From Piptocephalis cylindrospora (Eukaryota), in NCBI GenBank assembly GCA_003614145.1, contig KZ987740.1, forward strand, positions 1 through 34,220: a DNA stretch of 34,220 nt. The letters run 5' to 3'. The translations under genes and the position numbers were made by a program. The notes under the pieces are model-generated. The model was not told where the DNA came from and did no database searches. It worked only from the letters and a program-made list of their open reading frames with translations. Below, piece by piece: positions 10,880-20,246 of the stretch (positions are counted from its first letter, which is position 1; each line of letters opens with the position of its first letter).

Positions 10880-12070
10880 ATGCACTTGACGACTCTTTTA
10901 ACAGCCGGACTTTTCCTGGCTAACACGGCTACTTCCTCCTTCCACTATAAAAACCTCCATTATGTAGAGAAGAAAGATTTGAAGACCTTTAAGGAGGGAA
11001 GGTACTACAGTACCTTCACCATCCCTCTTTTACGTTCATCCACTCTATCTAAGCCTCAAGGGGCCCTGGATAGAGGTGATGCGTCGGAAAACACTTTGCT
11101 TCCATTTATCAAGAATGGCCTCTCTTCGTTTGTCCAGTCATCCAATTATCTCTTGGATCAGGTCTATCATTGCTCCACAGTCCATGTCCCTGGCCAAATG
11201 GCCGAGTGCTACCGACGCATCCTACGAGAATCCCTCCACAACGATTCTGTCAAGTCTACTAATTTCCAGGCCCCATTCCAACATTATATTAACTCTCACG
11301 ACCCATCCACCCCCCTTGGACATAGAAAGCTCTACGGCTCAAGCGACTCTTTTTTCCCTAGGCCCGTACAGGGTGGGCGCAAGGGGATTATCAGACATCC
11401 GTCCTACACCACGGGGCACTCATTACCCTCCTCGCCCGGTGTCAATTCGTTAAACCTTGAGCAACTCAAGAAAAAAGATGCCCTGTTCAAGGCCTATACC
11501 CTCTTGATTTCCCACGTCCAAATTGCCGCCCGCGAGATGGCCGACTTTGAGATCAAGCTCTGTGTGAAAAACATTCCCAAGATAATCGCCATAAAATATC
11601 GGTCTATCAAAGAATGTCCGAGGCCAGTCGATTCAATGATCGACGTCATTAACTCCACCACCAGTTTCACCAACAAGCTTTTCCTGGCCATTATGGAGGT
11701 CTTAGAGGAAACTATCCAAGAAGTCTCCTCTCGTCCGCATAGCCACCCCGATCCCAAACATAATCAGAATATCCTAACAACCTACAAGGATTATACCGCT
11801 TGCGTAGAGGAACTTATCCGTGACTGGCGCGAACATGCTCTGGACGGACTGGAAAAATCCTTGACTCGTACTCGTTCCGACACATTAGCAATCAGCAAGG
11901 ATGAATCGGAAGGCATAATCTCAGGGTCACGTCTCGGCCCGGGCGGAAAGAATGCGGCTCAGAGCAAGGAAGAGGCTACCGCATCTGACCGACGCATCCG
12001 GTTCAGCCCTAAGAACTCCTACCAAAATGCCCCAACTTTCCCGGATTCCACTGTCGGCAAGAACCATTAG
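10880..12070 (+). CDS. Secreted orphan protein, ~396 aa (candidate effector)
   Basis: Intronless ORF from the ATG at 10880. It has a signal-peptide-like N-terminus (MHLTTLLTAGLFLANTATSS), and a homologous decayed copy lies immediately downstream. Confidence 0.8.
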   Translation: MHLTTLLTAGLFLANTATSSFHYKNLHYVEKKDLKTFKEGRYYSTFTIPLLRSSTLSKPQGALDRGDASENTLLPFIKNGLSSFVQSSNYLLDQVYHCSTVHVPGQMAECYRRILRESLHNDSVKSTNFQAPFQHYINSHDPSTPLGHRKLYGSSDSFFPRPVQGGRKGIIRHPSYTTGHSLPSSPGVNSLNLEQLKKKDALFKAYTLLISHVQIAAREMADFEIKLCVKNIPKIIAIKYRSIKECPRPVDSMIDVINSTTSFTNKLFLAIMEVLEETIQEVSSRPHSHPDPKHNQNILTTYKDYTACVEELIRDWREHALDGLEKSLTRTRSDTLAISKDESEGIISGSRLGPGGKNAAQSKEEATASDRRIRFSPKNSYQNAPTFPDSTVGKNH

Positions 12071-12408
12071 GAACTTTTGAGTTGCCGCTTATTTGCTATA
12101 CCTTTAGCAATGAGATGGAAGAGGAATGAACATTTCCGACCAAATGAAGGGAATACAAATGAGATGAAACATAAACTTATCGTATGTCCCATGGGTAGAA
12201 TACATGGATTAATCCTGAAGGGAAAGATACCACTACTGTGGCATACCTGTTCATTTTTTGCGCTATATAACGACACTTGCCATGGATCTCATGAAAACCC
12301 TCAATCATTAGCCATGTGACCTGGACCCATCTTATTTGAGCTATCCCTAACGTTTCGCTCCTCGGATTCTTCTTTTTCCTGTTACCTCCCTCCTCCACAT
12401 ACCCGATT

Positions 12409-13480
12409 ATGCATTTGATGATCTTTTTGGTAGTCGGATTCATCCTAGCCCGTCCAACTTTCTCCAGTAAAATGGGCATTATTTATGTCAAGGAAGAGGA
12501 ACTGAACGCCCTCAAGGGATCTAAGGACCGTGGCACCATCATCCTTCCAATCTTGAAATCCTCAATTTCCGTTCATCGCTTCAGTCTCATCACGAGATGG
12601 GGCATGCTAAGAACAGCCCTTCATTCCTTCATCGAACGTGGCCTTTCTCTTTTTGTTCAATCGGCCAATTCTCTCATGTCTCGTGTTCATTATTGCCCTT
12701 TGGCCCCCGTGGAGAGCTAGCTGCCTCAATGATACGCGCTATTCTTATCCGGAACCTCCATCATGATCCTTTAGTCGAGTACCCTAAAATGCAAAAGTCC
12801 TTTCAACAACTCATCTCCCATAATGCTCCGCCCCCCAAGAGGTAGGTTTCTCCCAAACCGGATGACCCTTTATCTACCACTTAGCGCTCCGCTAATACTG
12901 AGTCAAAAGCCCATTCTAAGCGTCTCTCCAAGCATGGTGCTCCCCGGCCCGATGACTCCCTCAAACATAGGCCTCTAGACCTTGTTCGGCTCCTCCAGGC
13001 TAAATGTCTCTTGGCTCCTTACCTCACGTTAGTGTCCATAATAGTGGACTCTTCTCTCTTTGATCTAAAGAATGCTATGAAAATCATTGAGGCGACTACT
13101 CGCTTTCTTCAAAGCCTTTTCACATCCCTTCTGACCGCCATCAATGATCTCGCCAAGGCCGAGCTCAGAAAACTGCACGCAAATCAACGCTTTCATTAGT
13201 GTCCACATTTCAAATTACTAGATGTACACCTGTTGCGTCCTGACTATCATATGGAATTGGAATGATTGGTAATTGAAAGGCACGAAGCTGCGTCTCTCGA
13301 TATCCCCTTCGGGTATCTAGCGGAAGCATAAGCAACACGAAGCCTATAGCCATAAACCCACCAAGCGTGGACCATCTAAAAAAATACACTATGAAATCTA
13401 ACCACCGTGTCTCATTCAACCTAGAGCCCGCCGTTAGAGAATACGATGCGGACGTCAGTCCCATCAGGGAAAAAGCGTGA
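12409..13480 (+). pseudogene. Decayed tandem paralog of the 10880..12070 secreted protein
   Basis: Collinear similarity across frames: SFIERGLSLFVQSANSLMSRVHYC vs PFIKNGLSSFVQSSNYLLDQVYHC; FQQLIS vs FQHYIN; IIEATTRFLQSLF vs VINSTTSFTNKLF; HRVSF vs RRIRF. There is a frameshift near 12700 and stops at 12718, 12843 and 13197. Confidence 0.85.
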
Positions 13481-13769
13481 CGCTCAACTTCCCATAGAGA
13501 TCCAGAAAATGAAGGGAGTTTTCATGGCTTAATGGAAGCAATAGAATGATATCCCTGAACCATGTTATAAACAGCTATTAATGATAATTAAGAATTTTCT
13601 ATTATATACCGTCCAACTCTTATCACCATCTGATTATCTAGATAGAAAGAGACAGATCAGCACAGATCAGTGTTTCTAGTTCATCTCTCGTGGTGGGGTA
13701 TTGAACGACAAAAGTATAAAAATACACCTACTAGAAACGATGGCAAAGATAATAGTAGCGCATTCAAGC

Positions 13770-15762
13770 CTAATCATGTATATGTTGCTTTTTCCTCGTT
13801 TGTTTCTCCTTCTTACGCCTTTCAGCATCTGCAACTGCAGCCTCCTTTGCCTTTTGGCCGGCCTTTTCCGCATACGCCTTGATTTCCTCTTGCTTCTCCA
13901 TAATCCACTTCATACACAGAGGACCCAAATTGTCCCGCTCAGTATCCTGGATCAAGGGGCCTCTGGCCAATTGCCAGGGGATGACGTAATTTTCCAGAAT
14001 ATCCCGGATCCAAAATCCAAGAGGGATACCCAAGGCTTTGGCCATGGCCTTCCCATCAATGGCATATTTGAGTTCGTAGGTATGGCTGAGATCCTGCTCC
14101 TCAATTTCCTTGAGGAGGTCGAGATAAGGCTCGAGGGATATCTCGGAGGAGCCTTGGGCCATCCTACCTGCAAGGTGCAGGGGAAGTGCTAGTCTCCAAG
14201 CAGGGCCCACGTGTGGATGCCTCCCCATTTCCCGAATGGCCAGGCCCAATTTGACACGATCATGTCCTGTGGTCTGTATGAGCTCTTCAACATGAGTTTG
14301 AGCTAGAAAGAGACCCGTGATGCAATCAGCCTGAGCATTTGACAGCTGCGTAAAGGGAATGAAGGGATGAGTATGGCCAAGATGAGCAGGACAGAGAGTA
14401 ATGCAGCAATGGCTTAATTACCTTTAAGCTTTCTTTGATAACAACAGAAGCGGCAGAAATTTCCTTTTTCCCGCGGGACACGTCTTGACCACGAAGGTGC
14501 CATAAAGCAGCGGCCAAATAAATGGTCTCCTCCCATGATCCTGCCCCTTCGGCATCTCCTGATCCCACCATACCCAAAAGTACTTTTGCATCCTCTGGGG
14601 AACCTTGGATGATCTTGTACAAGGCTGTGGCAGTATCCAGGGACACCTTTGGGTCAATGATGGGGACCCCTGCAGCCTCAAAGACAATAGGAAATAGCCC
14701 AGCACGATGGAGAAGTTTTAATGCCTCAGTCGGGCCTGGTCCGCGTAGCATCTTCGTGACCTCAACGCCAATGCGTTCCCGACTGATCTTGCGCGCAAGG
14801 GCCTCCTGAACCTGGGGAAGACACATGGCCTCGTAGGTCGCTGGATCCAGGGCAAAGTGAAAGCGGCAGGTGAACCGGATACACCGAAGAATCCTCAGGG
14901 GATCATCCATGAATGTTTCGATGGGGGGCAGCGGCGTCCTCACCCGATGATCCCGCAAGTCCTTCAGACCCGTCCCCACAAAATCCTCTACTTGACGCGA
15001 GTGAATATTGTAGAAAAGGGCATTGATAGTGATGTCCCGTCGATACGCATCCTGCTCTGGGGTTCCAAATGCCTTACGAAGGGGAGATGCAAAGGAGAAG
15101 GAGTGAGTTAGGGATCATTGTATACTCATTAGTGATCCTTCCCTAATGACTCGACTTACCACGGTGGTAGGGATACGGCTATCCTCGCCGTATGTCTCAT
15201 TTCTTAGATGAACAAAATCAATAGGCAGACCAGCAACCCAAGTGGTGGCGGTTTCAAGATGCTTACTACGCTCTGGATTCACCGAGATCTTCCCGACGGA
15301 CCGAGTCTCCTTTCCCTGTGCCTCCAACCACTGTACCACTGCCTCGGCCAGTTCAGCTCCGGTCATGGAGGAGGCAGCGATATCCAAATCATGACATGCC
15401 AGGCCTAGTAACTTATCCCGAACCCAACCTCCAGCGATGCGGATGACCAAGGGTGGGTTCATCCGGTCGGATTTTTGGGTCATGGACAGGGTATGAACTA
15501 CCTGTCGTAGTACCTCACATACTTCCTCCTCCTGAGGGGTAAGGTTAAGCTGAGGACCCTGGGGGCTCGACATAACGGTGCGACAAAAAGATTTTGTGCA
15601 AGGTGGAGGGGAAAGAGGGGTGGGAGAAGGGCTTCGTTTTTGTCGAGGCTGGGTCATGGACCACTGAACTAGGGCGCGTCTCGAGAAGGGCCCAGGAGCA
15701 GACGAAAAGGGGCAAACTGAGAATGGAATGGGAACGCGAAGGGGGAGAAGGCGCAGGAGCAT
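13770..15762 (-). CDS. CCA1: CCA tRNA nucleotidyltransferase
   Basis: complement(join(13770..14345,14422..15072,15160..15762)). Motifs: RIAGGWVRDKLLG..DLDIA, NPERSKHLETAT, DFVHLRNETY, FGTPEQDAYRRDITINALFYN, TFMDDPLRILRCIRF, ISRERIGVE. Confidence 0.95.
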
Positions 15763-16019
15763 CCAAGAGCATGGAAGACACTGGTGGCTGTTGTTAAGGA
15801 AGTAAACAACCCCTTTATTTTGGCTATAAGGGTTTCTACAAGGGACACCACACCTCTGTTTGGATTTGCTGGTGGCATTGCACAAGCCTATCTCCCATAC
15901 TAAGGATGCATACCATCTTATCCCACAATTCCTTCTTAAGAAACCTCGAGCATTATACTAACTACCGAGAATGCGCTCATCACCGCCCCACAAGCCCCCT
16001 TTTCTCCCTATTATCTGTG

Positions 16020-17460
16020 GTGCTATGATCGGCGGATCAAGCCCACACTGGACTCTAAATCCCCACCATCCTCCTCGGGAGAGGAGGGCGGAGGGGAAAG
16101 GCCCTAAACCCAGGGAAATCTGGAGAAGGCCGTAGCTGTCTGGCGGAGCTGAGTAGAGGGCGAGTGAGTAGAGTGCCAGCCAGGTGTGGGCAAGGCAGGT
16201 GGGGGAAGCATGTTGTTGAGGACGAGAGAGGATACTATGGAGGGGGAGGAGATGAGTGAGGCTGGCTTGGTTGTTGTGTCCGCGCGCACGCTCTGCCATG
16301 AAGGAAAATGGGATGGAGACATGAGGCCTATTTTCATGCCCCTGGGGCATGTATCGGATAGTGCGTATGCGAGACTGGCTTGGTAAAGGTGTGCGGTTAT
16401 GGGATGAATGGCGAAGCGATTGTGGGTTGATCAACTAGTGCTATTGCGATAGTGGTTCCTCGGTGTGTGGCGTGTACTGTTGTGTCCAGAAAGTCAGCTT
16501 GCTTGGCAGAAAGAGCATTTTGTCGCTGCTTCGCTTCACCAAAGCTATTCTTGTCCCTTGTTCTTCCATCTCTTGTCTCTTTTATGCTTGCGCCGTATGA
16601 CGCACACGCTGGATATGGAGTGGTGGTGTGGCGAGCAGGAATCCCATCGGGTCCATATGCGTCTCTCGTAAACCGCGTATACGGTCGACTTGGGGAAGAG
16701 GTCTTCTTTTCCCTCCGACTGACTCGATGGCCCTGCTTTCTCTACTCCTCCGTTCCTGTACAGTGTGCTGTGTATTGTGCACGCATTTGAGGAGAAGAGA
16801 GGGAGGGACAAGGGTGAGAGGAGTGGTGAGGCTAAGGTGGATAAGATAGGATACTGTTTCGCCACACTAGCTGATTTTCTGCACAGCAGCTGCATGTCTG
16901 GAGGGTGGCTTCACTCTGGCCTCGCCCTCCCATCGACACATGTCTATGTAGTCCTGATTCCCCCTATTCGCTTCTTTTTCACCCCTTCCCACCCTTCTTT
17001 GTCCAGCTTTCGCTGGTACCACGCCCTAGTTGTGCATGCGCTGTGTACGATACACCCCTTGAGGCTGGACTCGTCTACATCCTTCCTTTATGGTGTGCAG
17101 GTCGCTATAACCAATCCCCACACTTATTGCCCGCCCTGTCTTCTTTGTGCTCTAGCTCTATGCCCCTCTTTCAATTCATGTTTCCCTCAGTCTCCGAGTT
17201 CTTTTGGAGACAGCCGCGTCTTGCTCTCTTGGCGCGAAAGCCTCGCTTCCCCTTAAATCACTTTGCCTCGTAGCCCTGCCCTCCCTCCTTTTCCTAGGGG
17301 TAAGGGCTCTGTCCAGTGTGTATGCTTACTGTATCTGATGCTGAAGCGCCAACTATATGAATATGCGATGTTCCATAGTACGTCGATGGTCTGGGGACTT
17401 TCACGAGCCTCCTGATTCTTCAACCCGTCTGGCGCCTCCAAAAACATGCACATTTCCTTT
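16020..17460 (+). ncRNA. Large structured non-coding RNA, candidate telomerase RNA (TR/TER); boundaries approximate
   Basis: No credible ORF. Many helices need G-U pairs on the + strand. CCCTAAACCC (16102-16111) is preceded by a GGGA-tetraloop hairpin (16061-16096), and an enclosing helix pairs 16035-16047 with 16421-16432. Crossing helices 16168-16175/16289-16296 and 16280-16287/16389-16396 form a pseudoknot topology. Confidence 0.55.
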
Positions 17461-17806
17461 TTTTCCTGTATCTAATAGAAAATGCCATTGCAATAGGCCT
17501 TAATGATAAAACAATTGTATGCTGTCTTGGAGATAAGTGTTTATCTGGCCAAGGGTTCATCCTTAAATGTTCAACTGTCGAATACAAATGCCATTCCATA
17601 GTCTAGCTTTAGATTTATCCAATGACGACGTCAAGTAGCCTTTCTGTATAAGTCTAATTTTTGATGGCAGAGCAATAAGATGGTGTTGTTATGACCAAGG
17701 ACCAGAGAAAGAGGACTAAGAGGGGAAAAGGTGATATATACCGACACGTGCCCTAGACGTGGCCATGCTTCCGTAATGTCAATGAGAGCGATGGGCCAGG
17801 AAGCAC

Positions 17807-19186
17807 TTACACCGTCATTTCCCGAGGCTCGTCCGTCGATCGTTGGATGGGAGGAGGGAATTGGGGCTCAGGGAAAGGGGTGCGAGGAGGATAGGGTCTC
17901 GTGGGTGTCCCGGGCCCTGACCCTGAAGGGGTCCCGGTCATCCGGGGAATAGGAGGAGGAGGAGGAGGGGGAGGGTAAGGACCAGATCTATGGCTGCCTA
18001 CAGGAGGATGACCTGGAGGAGAGGTGGGAGTAGAAGGAGCATAGGATGGCCTATTTGGGGCCGGGGAAGGCCTGGTCGCCCCGGAATGATGGTTAGGGTA
18101 AGGGGAGGACATGGATGGACCAGTTATAGGTGGACGGGGCGTAGGAGGTGGAACATATTGCTGATGATGAGGATGATTGTATCCTGATTGGCCTGAGGCT
18201 TCGGAACCATTCCTTCTCGGCCCCAACTGTAGGGGCGGGGGTGGAGGAGGATGGTATACCGAAGTAGATCCTACTTGGCCACCCATTGATCCCCCACTAC
18301 CCCCCGAGCCCATTCTCGAATGTTGAACCCTAGGGGGAGTGGGGGTATAGCTCGAGCCCATGGAACCTCCATGAGAGGATACTACACGCATTGGCGGAGG
18401 AGGGGGAGGAAGGGGAGTGGAATACCCTCCCGGGGGGGCTGCCCCGGCTTGACGGCCAGATTGTGCCTTTAAGTAGGGTAACATGTCGAATTTCTCCAAG
18501 GAAATGGGTGCGCATAGAACAAGACCAAAAATACCCCAAAGCACCACACACATATTAGGATGAGCCAGGGGGAAGAGGACGGGCATGGGCCAGAAGAGGG
18601 TGAGTGCGGTGAGGAGATAGAGTTGCCGCTTTTTCTGGATCAGATATGGCGTATCCTCAACCTCACGTAAAAAAAGAATGGTGGCTCCCAGCTGGAGAAA
18701 GGAGATAATGTTGACAAGGACATGAAGAATCTCAAAGGCGAGGAAGGTATAGGGAGAGTACCCAGTGGCGTACTCAATCCCAAGGATGCACATGCAGCAG
18801 GCCGTGGTAATCCCCAGAGTAGGGGCGTACACCTGAGGAGTCCATTGAAATCGTTGGATGAATTGACGGGCCTCTACATCATCCACCTCTCGCATACTCC
18901 TCATCCAGATGGAATAGAGTTGGGTGGTGGTTACAATGGTCCCAAGGACAACTAGGGCATCTAGGAGTTTGGACACCAATTCGGCCGTCTCCTGCGCTCT
19001 CCACCGTGTCAGTTGATACAGCAGGAGAGATGCTGTGAATCCAGCAAGGTCCATAGCCTGAAGTATACCGAGTTGCAAGTACCACTTGCAATAGGTTCGA
19101 AAATAGCGAGACCATACCACAAGAGCTACAAAAATGTGGACGGCCAGATGCGGGATGGCCGGGATGGACCAATCGAATCGAGACAT
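17807..19186 (-). CDS. Orphan ~7-TM membrane protein with a long proline-rich C-terminal tail (GPCR-like topology)
   Basis: 459-aa intronless ORF. About seven hydrophobic segments lie in residues ~9-230, followed by ~230 aa of Pro/Gly/Ser-rich low-complexity sequence with several P6-P8 runs. Confidence 0.75.
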   Translation of the reverse strand: MSRFDWSIPAIPHLAVHIFVALVVWSRYFRTYCKWYLQLGILQAMDLAGFTASLLLYQLTRWRAQETAELVSKLLDALVVLGTIVTTTQLYSIWMRSMREVDDVEARQFIQRFQWTPQVYAPTLGITTACCMCILGIEYATGYSPYTFLAFEILHVLVNIISFLQLGATILFLREVEDTPYLIQKKRQLYLLTALTLFWPMPVLFPLAHPNMCVVLWGIFGLVLCAPISLEKFDMLPYLKAQSGRQAGAAPPGGYSTPLPPPPPPMRVVSSHGGSMGSSYTPTPPRVQHSRMGSGGSGGSMGGQVGSTSVYHPPPPPPLQLGPRRNGSEASGQSGYNHPHHQQYVPPPTPRPPITGPSMSSPYPNHHSGATRPSPAPNRPSYAPSTPTSPPGHPPVGSHRSGPYPPPPPPPPIPRMTGTPSGSGPGTPTRPYPPRTPFPEPQFPPPIQRSTDEPREMTV

Positions 19187-20246
19187 TGTGTTAATTAGCC
19201 TTAGCTAGGTTTTGTCTGGTAGACAATGCGTTGGTTGAGAGAAGGAAAGGAGAGGGAAAGGCGTTGAGAAGAAAAGTGAAGGTCGTAAGATCAGAAGAAA
19301 AAACTGCAGAACCCGCCAGCAAGGAATGGCGACAACGTGTTGCAGAAAGCTGGGCGGGCGCTTGAATCAAAAGGAAGGAGAGTCCAGGAGAGGAGGATGG
19401 GGGATAGAGGAAGAGCGTTAATGCGGGTACAAAAGAGAAAGAACCGTGTCGTGCATAGAGAGAGAGGATGGAAGGAAAGGAGGAAGGAAAGAAGGAAGAA
19501 AGGAAAAGGGAAATAGTCCAAAGCACAGAACGCATTTTAAGAAAAAAGGACTCGGGCATAGACAGAATCGGAGGTCTAAAACCCGTGCGTGGTGCGGAGT
19601 TGGTACTAGTTGGCTGAGGGCACTGGAGCATGGACTGGTCATACAATGAGCGAAATATATGTGTGGGATGGTGGGCTGGGCTCAAGTCCTAGACCACCAC
19701 ATCCATTAGAGTATGCTGTTGAAAGGTATCAAACTTGTAGCTGAAAAATATATGGCTATTTCATCCATAAGTAGAAATATATGAAGGTTCATATCAATAA
19801 GTAATTCATAGTAGTAAGAGCCAACCATTCATTAAAAATACAATGATTTAGTGGAGAGCATCCTCATTGATGGCACAACCTTTGGATTTGACATTGCCCT
19901 GGTTCTTCCATCAACTACCCTTCGAGTGCTATTCTTATCGGGTGTTGACCAACCCAACACCAAAGACCCCATCATTCTACCCAAATTACTTTTCTGATGC
20001 TAAGGCGTCATGAAGCAGGCCCTACCTACGTCCGTATATCACTTTACATTCTTCCGCACCTCCCCCCTCCATCACACGGCATAAGCGCCCAGAGGATGAC
20101 CACCATTTCATACACTACACTAGAATAGAATAGAATATAAGGGATCACAACTACATTGTATTTATTGCTCCCACCAGGAGAGAAATAGGATCATACGACA
20201 TGAAAAGCAGAGAAAGGGGGAGCTTCAGCCGGTTCCTGGCTAGCCC

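Noticed and set aside
16113..16495. RNase P RNA (GGGAAAUCUGGAG resembles CR-I; UCUGGA can pair with UCCAGA near 16485)
   Set aside because: The partner lacks CR-V context (ACnnnAnnCnGnnUA) and no P1 closure was found. It is less favoured than the telomerase reading, but an Rfam search should exclude it formally.
17387..17403. RNase MRP CR-I-like GAAAGUCCCCAGACC on the - strand
   Set aside because: There is no following GARAR-loop P8 hairpin or matching CR-V, and G-U pairing favours the + strand.
15958..17453. Several 66-163 aa ORFs on both strands
   Set aside because: They mostly have non-ATG starts, overlap each other and show no motifs. They are better explained as chance ORFs in a structured ncRNA region.
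19191..19685. Hydrophobic ORFs upstream of the 7-TM gene
   Set aside because: The Phe/Leu/Ser bias comes from the CT-rich leader tract typical of this genome.
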